Assembly (NCBI GenBank): GCA_045603265.1
Contig: JAZULU010000119.1
Location: 1-43,957 of the forward strand
Origin: Clostridia bacterium
Lineage (GTDB): Bacteria > Bacillota > Clostridia > Christensenellales > QALW01
Direction of reading: 5' to 3'
DNA length: 43,957 nt
Part shown: positions 8,663 to 17,309 of the stretch, one piece after another
Numbering within the stretch: position 1 is the stretch's first letter
Layout of the letters: the number at the start of each line of letters is the position of its first letter
Program-made: the position numbers and the translations under genes
Notes under the pieces: model-generated
Databases searched by the model: none
The model's input: only the letters and a program-made list of their open reading frames with translations
Told to the model about the DNA's origin: nothing

Positions 8663-9643
8663 TTAATTTATGAGAGGATTTGGATTCCCTTCAATCATAT
8701 CTATAACGCCTTTTACTACGTTTTCGGCCATAGCATACACAACTTTTTCTGTATAAAATGCTGTGTGCGGCATTAAAAGCACATTAGGAAAGGCTCTAAG
8801 ACGCGCCATCTGGGGATTATCAATTATATCACCGATTCTGTTATAGTAATAAAGTCCGTCTTCATTTTCTAAAACGTCAAGACCGGCAAATCCAACTTTT
8901 TGCGAAGATATTGCATCAATCAATGCATCAGTGTCAATCAAAAGTCCTCTTGCCGTATTTATTATCATTACCCCATCCTTCATCTTATCAAATGCTTCTT
9001 TATCTAACAAATGATAATTCTCTTCAGTAACAAGAGCATGAATGGTGATGATATCGCTTTTTTCCAAAAGTTCATCTAAGGGAACATAAGTACATAAATC
9101 TTTTACAGATTGGTTTACATAGGGATCAAATGCAAGAATTTTTGATCCGAAAGCAGATAGTCTTTTTATAACCGTTGCACCTATCTTGCCCGTTCCGATA
9201 ACACCTACTGTGCAATCGCAAAGATCTTTGCCAAGTTTTCCTTTTAATGAAAAATCCTGAATTTCAGCACGCTTTATGATATGTACAGCCTTTCTTACAC
9301 CCATAAGCATAAGCATGACTGCATAATCAGCAACGGTATCAGGCTCATAATTAACGTGGCAAACACCCATTCCGAGGCTTTTTGCATAGTCAATATCTAT
9401 GTGATTATAACCAATACTTCTTGCCGCAATATACTTTACGCCTACTTTATGAAACGCATCGATCAAACTTTTATCACAAGTGCATGGTGTAAACGAAACT
9501 GCATCATAGCCTTTTGCAAGATGTGCGTTTTCAACACTTGGATATTCATGAGTAAAATCATACTCAAAATCATATTTAGTTTTAAGTTCATCAAAAACAC
9601 TTTTTTCATCAAAACTTCTGAATGAATATACAAAAAGTTTCAT
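8663..9643 (-). CDS. D-isomer-specific 2-hydroxyacid dehydrogenase (D-lactate/aryl-lactate dehydrogenase-like)
   Basis: 326 aa with the NAD motif GVIGTGKIG and the catalytic region MPHTAFYT. The overall LdhA/HicDH/VanH-family pattern is present. Substrate cannot be inferred. Confidence 0.8.
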   Translation of the reverse strand: MKLFVYSFRSFDEKSVFDELKTKYDFEYDFTHEYPSVENAHLAKGYDAVSFTPCTCDKSLIDAFHKVGVKYIAARSIGYNHIDIDYAKSLGMGVCHVNYEPDTVADYAVMLMLMGVRKAVHIIKRAEIQDFSLKGKLGKDLCDCTVGVIGTGKIGATVIKRLSAFGSKILAFDPYVNQSVKDLCTYVPLDELLEKSDIITIHALVTEENYHLLDKEAFDKMKDGVMIINTARGLLIDTDALIDAISSQKVGFAGLDVLENEDGLYYYNRIGDIIDNPQMARLRAFPNVLLMPHTAFYTEKVVYAMAENVVKGVIDMIEGNPNPLIN

Positions 9644-9655
9644 AATTATCCTCGA

Positions 9656-10573
9656 TTATTTTAAGAACCCGCTTATTATCTGTTCCTCAGCCTCTTTTTC
9701 CGTTAAGCCGAGAGTCATAAGTTTTATAATTTGCTCACCTGCAATTTTACCGATGGCCGCTTCATGAATAAGGCTTGCATCAACATGCGCCGCAGTAATT
9801 TCGGGAATTGCTTTTACAACCGCATTATCCATGATAATCGCATCACATTCGGTATGACCGCTTGAGCGGTTATTACCTTTAACGTTAGATAGGAACAACT
9901 GCCTTGATTCATCCTTTGCAACGGCACGGGAAACTACATGAGTTGATGAATCTTCACCATTCAATTCAACGTCAAAGTTAGTTTCGGCATACTGTTTGCC
10001 ATGAGTCATAAGTTTTTCTTTTACAATAAGTGTTGCACCTTTTTCCAAAGTTGCCTTAGTATCACGTTTTGTTGAAGAAATTCCCTTAATTTGCACGGTT
10101 TCCATTTCCATATAGCCGTTTTCATCAATAAAAACTATTGTAGTGGGATTCATAACGTTTTTGCCGTTACCGTCACCTTCGCCATAATGCTTTTCAATAT
10201 ATCTGATTTTCGCATTTTTGCCCACGTGGAAGGTATGAATTCCGTCATGTTGGCTTTTTTCATCACCGGAATTATGGATACCGCAACCTGCTACGATAGT
10301 AACGTCAGCATTTTCGCCAATAAAAAAGTCGTTATATACAAGATCAGTAAGTCCCGTCTGACTTAAAATTACGGGAATATGAACGGATTCATTTTTTGTA
10401 TTAGGCTTTATGATAATATCGATACCCGGTTTATCTTCTTTTGTAACGATATCAATGTTTTCAGTTGTATTTCTTGCAGCGCCTTCACCGTTCATGCGAA
10501 TGTTATAGGCACCTTGCGGAACTTCATGTATGCCTGCGATCTGTTCAAGCAGGTCTTTTTGTATCTGATTCAT
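9656..10573 (-). CDS. SufB/SufD-family Fe-S assembly protein, short form (SmsB-like)
   Basis: 305 aa with the C-terminal SufBD signature IHEAAIGKIAGEQIIKLMTLGLTEKEAEEQIISGF. Sits directly downstream of the SufC-like ATPase. Confidence 0.75.
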   Translation of the reverse strand: MNQIQKDLLEQIAGIHEVPQGAYNIRMNGEGAARNTTENIDIVTKEDKPGIDIIIKPNTKNESVHIPVILSQTGLTDLVYNDFFIGENADVTIVAGCGIHNSGDEKSQHDGIHTFHVGKNAKIRYIEKHYGEGDGNGKNVMNPTTIVFIDENGYMEMETVQIKGISSTKRDTKATLEKGATLIVKEKLMTHGKQYAETNFDVELNGEDSSTHVVSRAVAKDESRQLFLSNVKGNNRSSGHTECDAIIMDNAVVKAIPEITAAHVDASLIHEAAIGKIAGEQIIKLMTLGLTEKEAEEQIISGFLK

Positions 10574-10582
10574 AAAAACTCC

Positions 10583-11311
10583 TTAAAGCTTATCGATAAG
10601 TGTTTTGCAGGCAATCTGTTTGCCGCTCAAAAGACTTGGTAATATATCTTTCTTTACACCGAAATCGGCAATTCTGCCATCAGCGACAACAAGAATTTTA
10701 TCTGCAATATCAAGAATTCTTTCTTGATGGGAAATAATCAAGATCGTACCGTTAATTTTTTCGTGCATGTTTTGGAAAACTTGAATAAGATTATTAAAAG
10801 ACCAAAGGTCAATACCTGCTTCAGGTTCATCAAAAACTGAAAATTTTGTACCTCGGGCAATGATCATGGCGATTTCGATTCTTTTAAGTTCACCGCCGGA
10901 AAGAGATGCATTCACTTCGCGATTTATATAATCCCTTGCGCACAAACCAACCTCAGAAAGGTAATCGCACGCTTCTGCAATTTTAAGGGTTCTGCCTGCG
11001 GCAAGTGAAATAAGATCTTTTACGGTTATTCCTTTAAAACGAACGGGTTGCTGAAACGCAAAGCTTATACCTTTTTTCGCTCTTTCAGTTATGGAAAGAT
11101 CAGTAATATCTTCGCCGTCCAAAATAATTTTTCCGCTTGTCGGCGTATAAATACCTGAAATTATTTTAGCCAAGGTACTTTTTCCGCCACCGTTAGGACC
11201 TGTAACTGCTACAAAACGGTCATTTATTTTAACAGAAATATCCTTTAAAATTTCTTTTTCAACATTATTTTCATCTTTTACACGATAAGTAACGTGTTGT
11301 AATTCAAGCAT
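10583..11311 (-). CDS. sufC: SufC-like Fe-S assembly ABC ATPase (SmsC-like)
   Basis: Walker A GPNGGGKST, signature LSGGELKR, Walker B VFDEPEAGID, H-loop SHQ. Start set at ATG 11311 (MLELQHV...) because GGAGG lies 8 nt upstream. The ORF-track ATG at 11326 has no RBS. Confidence 0.8.
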   Translation of the reverse strand: MLELQHVTYRVKDENNVEKEILKDISVKINDRFVAVTGPNGGGKSTLAKIISGIYTPTSGKIILDGEDITDLSITERAKKGISFAFQQPVRFKGITVKDLISLAAGRTLKIAEACDYLSEVGLCARDYINREVNASLSGGELKRIEIAMIIARGTKFSVFDEPEAGIDLWSFNNLIQVFQNMHEKINGTILIISHQERILDIADKILVVADGRIADFGVKKDILPSLLSGKQIACKTLIDKL

Positions 11312-11374
11312 AGTAAAAGCCTCCATAGAACGTTTACTTTATTTTAGCACAAAACTAAAAAACAGACTACTGTT

Positions 11375-12988
11375 TTATAATATTTTTTTACGAATTTCAT
11401 TTATAGCATTTTCGGTAAGACGGATTTTAGCATCCAAAGCATTTGCCGTACAAAGTGCATCGGTATTGTTCCCCTCAAGAAAAGGTGCGTTTATGAGAAT
11501 TTCTGCCGTATCATAAGCATTTTTAATTTCCTGCTCACCTATTTTAAGCATCTGCTCATATAAAAACTTCTTTTTATAGTCAGTATCTGTTTTTTCAAGA
11601 GCATCTACTCTGCGGTACCAACGTTTTGTATTGGCGCAGGTAACAAGAGTATTTACTGCAAAATTAAGTATATACATGAGATTTTTGGCTTCATCATTAT
11701 CAATATGACTTAATATCATTGCGGCTTTATTAAAGCAATCTGCCGCTTTAAGATTTACGTCAGTTTCGAGTGTAATATCGTTTTTATCAAAGTCATACTC
11801 ATAAAGTCTGCCGTTTATCAATGGATATGCAGGACCAAACTGCAAAGGTCCTTCATAATCTGCATAATTATAGATAAGATAATTTACACCATCGGTAATT
11901 TTTTTGAAAACCATTATGATTTTTTCGGTATTTTCGGGACCGAAATGAGTTGATGCAAGTTTTTGGATACAAATTCCGCCTTCATCACAAGGCATATAGT
12001 TTTGTGCCTTTGTGAATTCACCAACTATTGACGGAATAAAACCAAAAAATTCACTTTCAATAGTTGCAGATATTTCCAGTTCATTTAAAGAAACGTTACG
12101 CATGAACCACTGCATCATGGCAGGAATATATGGAACTGAGCCAAATTCATTTGTTCGACCACTTGCAAAATTTAAAGCCCATACTTTTATGCCACGTTTT
12201 TTTGCTTCTTCATAGCATTTTAAAAACTCATCCGAAGGCTGTGCCATAACAAGTGAGCCTGCTTTTGTGTTAAAATAAACACCGTCACGTTCAATACTTT
12301 GATTTTCATCAAAGGGAAGAATAATTGTTTTGTCAGAATCAAGTTTTTTTATAAATTCAAGTTTATTTTCAACTTTTTTTAACGGAATAATATCTGATTG
12401 TTCCGAAATTACTCCATCGTAAAGATTTTTATATGAAGCATCGTCATTATAAAGAAATGCTTTCATTTTTGACTTGCGCACAAGATCTAACGAAACTTCA
12501 TCGTGGTTAAAGAAAATAACTCCGTTATACCCAAAATGAAGAAGAATATTAATATATTCTTGGGTAAAAACTCCGTTTTCAAGAGCAGAAGTTGCAAAAC
12601 GATCTTTTATTTTTTGGGAAATAATATACTCTTTCTTTTCTAAAGAAGCATCACCGAATTGCTTCATAACGTCTTCAGCGTAATAAATCGCCTGATCAAG
12701 TAAAAATTCATCAGGTGCTTTAAAAATAACACGATCTTCTTCAACAGTTATCTTGAAAGATTCTGTCATTTTTTCAATAATAAAACTGATTTTCTTACTG
12801 CCCAAAAGTGAAAGTTCAACGTTAAAAGATTTTTTAAGACATGTTTTAAAATCTTCTAATGCGTATAAAATTTCATATTCCGAATCTTCAAATGACCAAT
12901 TTTCATCAAAAGTAATATAGTTTTTACCCTTTGCAAGATATTCTCTTTTAGAATTTTTGTGCAATTCAAAATATTTAAGATCGTTCAT
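11375..12988 (-). CDS. Hypothetical cytoplasmic protein, 537 aa, family not recognised
   Basis: Long ORF with no signal peptide or TM helix. Start corrected to ATG 12988 (MNDLKYF...; GGGAG 7 nt upstream), because the ORF-track start lies inside the capA terminator hairpin. Confidence 0.6.
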   Translation of the reverse strand: MNDLKYFELHKNSKREYLAKGKNYITFDENWSFEDSEYEILYALEDFKTCLKKSFNVELSLLGSKKISFIIEKMTESFKITVEEDRVIFKAPDEFLLDQAIYYAEDVMKQFGDASLEKKEYIISQKIKDRFATSALENGVFTQEYINILLHFGYNGVIFFNHDEVSLDLVRKSKMKAFLYNDDASYKNLYDGVISEQSDIIPLKKVENKLEFIKKLDSDKTIILPFDENQSIERDGVYFNTKAGSLVMAQPSDEFLKCYEEAKKRGIKVWALNFASGRTNEFGSVPYIPAMMQWFMRNVSLNELEISATIESEFFGFIPSIVGEFTKAQNYMPCDEGGICIQKLASTHFGPENTEKIIMVFKKITDGVNYLIYNYADYEGPLQFGPAYPLINGRLYEYDFDKNDITLETDVNLKAADCFNKAAMILSHIDNDEAKNLMYILNFAVNTLVTCANTKRWYRRVDALEKTDTDYKKKFLYEQMLKIGEQEIKNAYDTAEILINAPFLEGNNTDALCTANALDAKIRLTENAINEIRKKIL

Positions 12989-13000
12989 GTAAATACTCCC

Positions 13001-13026
13001 GAAAAAAGCCACCTTTTACGGTGGCT
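13001..13026 (-). terminator. Rho-independent terminator after the CapA-family gene
   Basis: Stem AGCCACC/GGTGGCT (13007-13013 / 13020-13026). The minus strand reads AGCCACCGTAAAAGGTGGCTTTTTTC. Confidence 0.7.
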
Positions 13027-13033
13027 AATTAAT

Positions 13034-14296
13034 TTATTTTAAGCCAAGAGGTGTTCCGTTTGCCGAACTTTCCTCAACGATGCTCTTCATGTTCTTATAT
13101 GCTGTTTTACAGTTTTCCCAGTCAGTATCGTTTAAGAAAATGTCAGGCTTTGTTTCTGCAAGAGCAAATTCAGTAGCAGGTAAAATATGATATGAATAGT
13201 TAGTGCCAACGCTATCAAGTGCTTTTGCATAAATGAATATCGGCATACATTCAGCACTGGAAAGATATGCTTTTCCCGTTTTATCGCGCTCAACATAAAT
13301 GTTCAAAATTCCGCTTTGTTGGGTTTTCTGACCGCTGGTAACGGTTGGTTGTGATAAGAAATTGCCCATAGAATATGCAACGAGAACATTTTTGCTTTCG
13401 CCAAAGTTATCGTGAATATTTTTAAATGTTACAGGTTGAAAAACATGGGATAAAGTTCCGTATACTATATCAACACCGCTTTTCATCATTCTATCGGCAA
13501 GTTCGCGCTGATCATCGGTAACTTTTGATGCCATTTCTTCCCCCCAATGCATTGAGGCAATTATAATTTCAGCACCTAATTCTTTTACGGCTCTTACATC
13601 TGCTTCAACCCTATCCATTGTACCTTCAACATCATGAAAGTCAATAGTAGCAATACGTTCTTTGTTAACTTCGTCATAATTAACAAGCTTGTCCGTATAA
13701 GCAAGAACTGCGATTTTAATGCCATTAATCTCCATAACAACATAATTCGTTTCACCTTCAAGTGACGTTCCTGCAACAACGAGCCCGCTTTCACGCAAAT
13801 TTTCAATGTTGTTTTTTATTCCTTCGTCAGAAAAGTAAGAAGCACGGTCATTGGCAGTTATGCAAACATCAAAACCTGCTTTATATGCGGCCGTTGCAAT
13901 TTCTTTGGGATAGTTATAGATCGGTGCGCCTGCAAGTTCTGTTCCGTTTTTATGTGCATCAATAACGCCTTCAAGATTAAAAAGAACAAGATCCCCGTCA
14001 AGGCTATCCTTTATTTCCGAAAAACAGTTATCAAAATTATATTCACCATAAGCGTTACTGTTGCTTTTTATAAGCGTTCCGTTAAGAACAATATCACCGG
14101 TAAGCTGAATTTTGATACGGTTAGGCGCTTCAGTAGGCACCGGTGTAGTATCAGAAATTTCAGAATTATCAGGCTTTGTTCCGAAAGAAATATTTGTTAC
14201 TGCAATAACGATAAGCAAGATAACAAGTGAAAGCGATATAAGCATATAAAGTGCGCTTTTTATATAGCGAAAATGATAGTTTTTAAAACCACTCAT
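13034..14296 (-). CDS. CapA-family (metallophosphatase-like) membrane-anchored protein
   Basis: 420 aa with an N-terminal TM anchor (LYMLISLSLVILLIVIAV) and the CapA-type motif SMHWGEE. RBS CAGGAG. Confidence 0.75.
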   Translation of the reverse strand: MSGFKNYHFRYIKSALYMLISLSLVILLIVIAVTNISFGTKPDNSEISDTTPVPTEAPNRIKIQLTGDIVLNGTLIKSNSNAYGEYNFDNCFSEIKDSLDGDLVLFNLEGVIDAHKNGTELAGAPIYNYPKEIATAAYKAGFDVCITANDRASYFSDEGIKNNIENLRESGLVVAGTSLEGETNYVVMEINGIKIAVLAYTDKLVNYDEVNKERIATIDFHDVEGTMDRVEADVRAVKELGAEIIIASMHWGEEMASKVTDDQRELADRMMKSGVDIVYGTLSHVFQPVTFKNIHDNFGESKNVLVAYSMGNFLSQPTVTSGQKTQQSGILNIYVERDKTGKAYLSSAECMPIFIYAKALDSVGTNYSYHILPATEFALAETKPDIFLNDTDWENCKTAYKNMKSIVEESSANGTPLGLK

Positions 14297-14328
14297 AAAT
14301 TCAACTCCTGAATATTTTGTGTGGTTTA

Positions 14329-14357
14329 ATTATACCATAATATACTTATATTTGCAA
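14329..14357 (-). promoter_or_regulatory. Sigma-A-type promoter for the CapA-family gene
   Basis: Minus strand reads TTGCAA (14357-14352), 17 nt, TATAAT (14334-14329). Confidence 0.5.
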
Positions 14358-14362
14358 ACAGA

Positions 14363-14674
14363 TTATTTTAATAACTCCCGTATTTTGTCGGTTTTTTTCG
14401 ATAATTCACAATATTTCTTTTCAACTTCACAAAACTTCTCGTAATAACAACACTCTGTTTTTTCGCAAGTACAAACGGGCTTAGCAAAACACTCACTTAT
14501 ACAGCACCACCCGTTTTTTCCCAAAAATTCAGTTTTGCCCCAATTATCTTTTGTTTCGGTAATCTCAATACATGTACCCATTGGAATTACTCCCATTATT
14601 TTTGAAGAAGCAGTCGGTTTTTCTCTTAAATTCATATGTTCTTTATAAATAACATAGTTGCCGATCTTATACAT
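14363..14674 (-). CDS. Small bacterial SH3-domain protein with Cys-rich C-terminal tail
   Basis: 103 aa. SH3b pattern MNLREKPTASSKIMGVIPMGTCIEITETKDNWGKTEFLGKNGW, followed by 9 Cys in ~35 residues (WCCISECFAKPVCTCEKTECCYYEKFCEVEKKYCE). RBS AAGGAAGTG. Confidence 0.7.
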   Translation of the reverse strand: MYKIGNYVIYKEHMNLREKPTASSKIMGVIPMGTCIEITETKDNWGKTEFLGKNGWCCISECFAKPVCTCEKTECCYYEKFCEVEKKYCELSKKTDKIRELLK

Positions 14675-14696
14675 TTACATACACTTCCTTTACTAA

Positions 14697-14725
14697 AATG
14701 TATGCAAAATATTTTTCAAATATGA
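14697..14725 (-). promoter_or_regulatory. Candidate sigma-E-type (mother-cell) promoter for the SH3/Cys-rich gene
   Basis: Minus strand reads TCATATT (14725-14719), 14 nt, CATACATT (14704-14697). This matches the B. subtilis sigma-E consensus ZHATAXX-14-CATACAHT with one mismatch. Caveat: the -10 ends only ~6 nt before the RBS. Confidence 0.35.
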
Positions 14726-14755
14726 AAAGCGGAACGTAATTTTACGCTCCGCTTT
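14725..14755 (-). terminator. Rho-independent terminator after the SASP gene
   Basis: About 13-bp stem with one mismatch (AAAGCGGAACGTAA / TTACGCTCCGCTTT, 14726-14755). The minus strand ends ...GCTTTTCA. Confidence 0.6.
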
Positions 14756-14762
14756 AAGTGTA

Positions 14763-14918
14763 TTATTTTACAGATCTTTCAGCAATTTCGATAGCCTTTG
14801 TTACCATATGACCGCAGTCACGAGATGAAACTTCACCCCAGCCTGAATTTTTAACTGTGTCATATACGCCTAACTCCTTGGCGATCTCATGCTTAAGTGC
14901 CATTGACATTTTTGACAT
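14763..14918 (-). CDS. Small acid-soluble spore protein, alpha/beta type (51 aa, absent from the ORF track)
   Basis: My translation: MSKMSMALKHEIAKELGVYDTVKNSGWGEVSSRDCGHMVTKAIEIAERSVK. It carries the SASP signatures K-EIA-ELGV and SSR-CG. RBS GGAGA is 8 nt upstream and the terminator above follows it. Confidence 0.7.
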   Translation of the reverse strand: MSKMSMALKHEIAKELGVYDTVKNSGWGEVSSRDCGHMVTKAIEIAERSVK

Positions 14919-14950
14919 AATAATAATCTCCGTTAAAAAATTTGTAAGTT

Positions 14951-16435
14951 TTATTTTTCACTTACGATATTATTATCTGCCAGGCGCAATGTTTTATTAC
15001 CGGAATTTTCAGGTAATTTTAATTCAAACCAAAAATTCGAACCAAGACCGATGGTACTTTCTATTCCAAAATCTGCATTATGGGCAACAAGAATCGTCTT
15101 TACGATAGAAAGACCTAATCCTGTACCAACCTGAGATCTTATATGCGTTTTCGACCTATAATATCTATCCCAAATATTTGCAAGATCTTCTTCCGGAATT
15201 CCTTCGCCGGTATCAATTATTTCAACCTTTGCACAATCAAATTTTTTCGTTATTCTTATAACTACGCGTTTATCTTCACCGGTGTAATTTATAGCATTAG
15301 ATAAGAGGTTATAAATTACTTGTTCAATACGCGCTTCATCACCTAAAACATAGACTTGTTCAGGTGCTTCAAGTTCAAAACGATAGCCTTGTTCAACCAT
15401 TACGGAAAATCTTTCAAGAATGGTCGTCACGGTTTTTGAAATATCGAATGCCTTGATATCAAATTTTCTATCCGTCGCTTCCATTTTGGAAAGTTCAAGA
15501 ATATCATTTACAAGAATTGAAAGTCTGTCCGTTTCATCAATGATAACTTTAAGATTCTTTTCGCGTTTTTCTTTATTATCGCCCGAAATATCACGAATCA
15601 TTTCAGCATACATTTTTATCATGGTAAGTGGTGTACGCAAATCATGAGAAACATTTGCCATAAGCTCACGCCTAAACTCTGAAGCCTTGGCAATTTCCCC
15701 CGTTGCATAACTTAACGCCTTGGAAAGATCGGAAATTTCGCCAAACGCTTCCTCCGTTTCAAAATCGACGTTAATGTTGCCAAGCGCAAGTTCGCGTGCA
15801 GATCTTGTCAATTTTTCAACAGGGCGAGAAAATCGCTGTGCAATAACATATGCAATAATTGCAGACATCAAAAGCGCGATCAACGTAACGGTGACAAACT
15901 GCTTCTGTATAACCGCTACAACTGAGCCAATAGGCTCAAGTTGACACATTACATATACATAGGCACGTTCACCGCTTTTTTCATTTTTAGCGTAAGCGCC
16001 GTAAAATAGAACGCTTTGATCGCTTTTTTCATCTTCAATGCGAAAATCAAGTTCATTATTGGGAGATCTTCTTATGTTTTTTTGAATATCACCAAGGGCA
16101 TTAGCAAAATTATTAAGGCTTTCAACCCTGGAATCATCAATTTTACCCATATCATCATAGGCATAAATTACAAAGCCATCTTCATCGGTAATAACTATTA
16201 CAATGTTATTCTTGTTGGCACTTTCAAAAACGTCTTTTTCCAAAAGTTTACCTTTTTTGTAAAGCGCAACGATCTCACGGGCATTGTTCATATTTTCACG
16301 GGCCATTGAGCCTATATAAAAATATTGAAGAAATGCTATTTGTAAAAGCCAAACGATGACAAGCATCAATGCCGCAAATATGCAGAAATATTCCCAAATT
16401 TTTAATTTTACGCCATATTTAATCTTCCGTTTCAA
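14951..16435 (-). CDS. Sensor histidine kinase (2 TM, HAMP, HisKA, HATPase_c)
   Basis: 494 aa with H-box SHDLRTPLT, N box NAINYT, G boxes DTGEGI and GTGLGLSIV, and two TM segments flanking a ~150-aa extracytoplasmic region. Confidence 0.9.
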   Translation of the reverse strand: MKRKIKYGVKLKIWEYFCIFAALMLVIVWLLQIAFLQYFYIGSMARENMNNAREIVALYKKGKLLEKDVFESANKNNIVIVITDEDGFVIYAYDDMGKIDDSRVESLNNFANALGDIQKNIRRSPNNELDFRIEDEKSDQSVLFYGAYAKNEKSGERAYVYVMCQLEPIGSVVAVIQKQFVTVTLIALLMSAIIAYVIAQRFSRPVEKLTRSARELALGNINVDFETEEAFGEISDLSKALSYATGEIAKASEFRRELMANVSHDLRTPLTMIKMYAEMIRDISGDNKEKREKNLKVIIDETDRLSILVNDILELSKMEATDRKFDIKAFDISKTVTTILERFSVMVEQGYRFELEAPEQVYVLGDEARIEQVIYNLLSNAINYTGEDKRVVIRITKKFDCAKVEIIDTGEGIPEEDLANIWDRYYRSKTHIRSQVGTGLGLSIVKTILVAHNADFGIESTIGLGSNFWFELKLPENSGNKTLRLADNNIVSEK

Positions 16436-17099
16436 AAATGTATCCTACTCCCCGAACTGTTGAAATAAGGTCGCGGTATGGCTCAATACTGTTACGAAGC
16501 ATCTTAATATGCGTATCAACAGTTCTGTCATCACCGAAAAATTCATAGCCCCATACTTCAGATAAAAGTTGATTTCTTGAAAGAGCAATATTTTTGTTTT
16601 TAATCATGAAAGTGAGCAGATCATATTCTTTAGGTGTAAGTTCAATACGCTTGCCGTCAATATAAACTTTACGGGCAGAAACGTCAATATCAATACCCTT
16701 TATTACGATATGTTTGTTTTCAGGTTCCTTGGTTGCACCTTCATGACGTGAAATAATAACGTTTATTCTTGCCATAACTTCTTTAGGTGAAAAAGGTTTT
16801 ACAACATAATCGTCAATACCAAGTTCAAAGCCGAAAAGTTTATCATATTCTTCGCCGCGGGCAGAAAGCATCAAAACGGGAATATCTTTAGTCTTTCTGA
16901 TTTCTTTGCATGCAGAAAAGCCATCAAGACGTGGCATCATTATATCCATAATGATAATATCGTAATCATTGCTCTTGCATTTATTTACAGCATCCATACC
17001 GTCAACAGCCTCGGTAACAGTATGTCCTTCAAATTCAGCATACTCCCTCAAACCAATGCGGATATTTTCTTCATCATCAACAATTAAAACTCTTGCCAT
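16419..17099 (-). CDS. OmpR-family response regulator
   Basis: Receiver domain (VLIVDDE, MDIMMPRLDG, K in VVKPF) plus a winged helix (RTVDTHIKMLRNSI, VRGVGYIF). I prefer ATG 17099 (MARVLIV) to the TTG at 17108. 17-nt overlap with the kinase gene. Confidence 0.9.
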   Translation of the reverse strand: MARVLIVDDEENIRIGLREYAEFEGHTVTEAVDGMDAVNKCKSNDYDIIIMDIMMPRLDGFSACKEIRKTKDIPVLMLSARGEEYDKLFGFELGIDDYVVKPFSPKEVMARINVIISRHEGATKEPENKHIVIKGIDIDVSARKVYIDGKRIELTPKEYDLLTFMIKNKNIALSRNQLLSEVWGYEFFGDDRTVDTHIKMLRNSIEPYRDLISTVRGVGYIFETED

Positions 17100-17146
17100 A
17101 TATATCAATCCTTTCTGAAAAAAACTTTACAAATTTTCTTTTCTCT

Positions 17147-17175
17147 ATTATAATACAAAAGAAATGTGAAATCAA
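17147..17175 (-). promoter_or_regulatory. Sigma-A-type promoter for the two-component operon
   Basis: Minus strand reads TTGATT (17175-17170), 17 nt, TATAAT (17152-17147). Confidence 0.45.
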
Positions 17176-17256
17176 CATGATAAAATTATTTTTTCCTTAA
17201 AAATATTTTATCACAAACTTTCAATAAAATAAACAAAAAAATTTTTAAGAAAACGT

Positions 17257-17285
17257 TTGACAAATTTTAAAGGTTGTTATATACT
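17257..17285 (+). promoter_or_regulatory. Sigma-A-type promoter for tRNA-Arg / rpmB
   Basis: TTGACA (17257-17262), 17 nt, TATACT (17280-17285). The tRNA 5' end is ~25 nt downstream. Confidence 0.55.
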
Positions 17286-17309
17286 ATCACCGTTGCTTAA
17301 AAAAGACAT

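Noticed and set aside
13034-14296. CapA-family gene as part of a poly-gamma-glutamate capsule locus.
   Set aside because: No CapB (ligase) or CapC partners are present anywhere in the window. Orphan CapA-family metallophosphatase-like genes are common in Clostridia.
14857-15108. 83-aa + strand ORF spanning the SASP / kinase junction.
   Set aside because: It is antisense to both the SASP gene and the 3' end of the histidine kinase gene, has no RBS, and the minus-strand SASP reading has family motifs, an RBS and a terminator.
8663-17099. VanH-like dehydrogenase plus an OmpR/HK pair as a vancomycin-resistance (vanRS-HAX) cluster.
   Set aside because: The dehydrogenase and the two-component genes are ~6 kb apart with unrelated genes between them. 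No D-Ala-D-Lac ligase or VanX dipeptidase is present.
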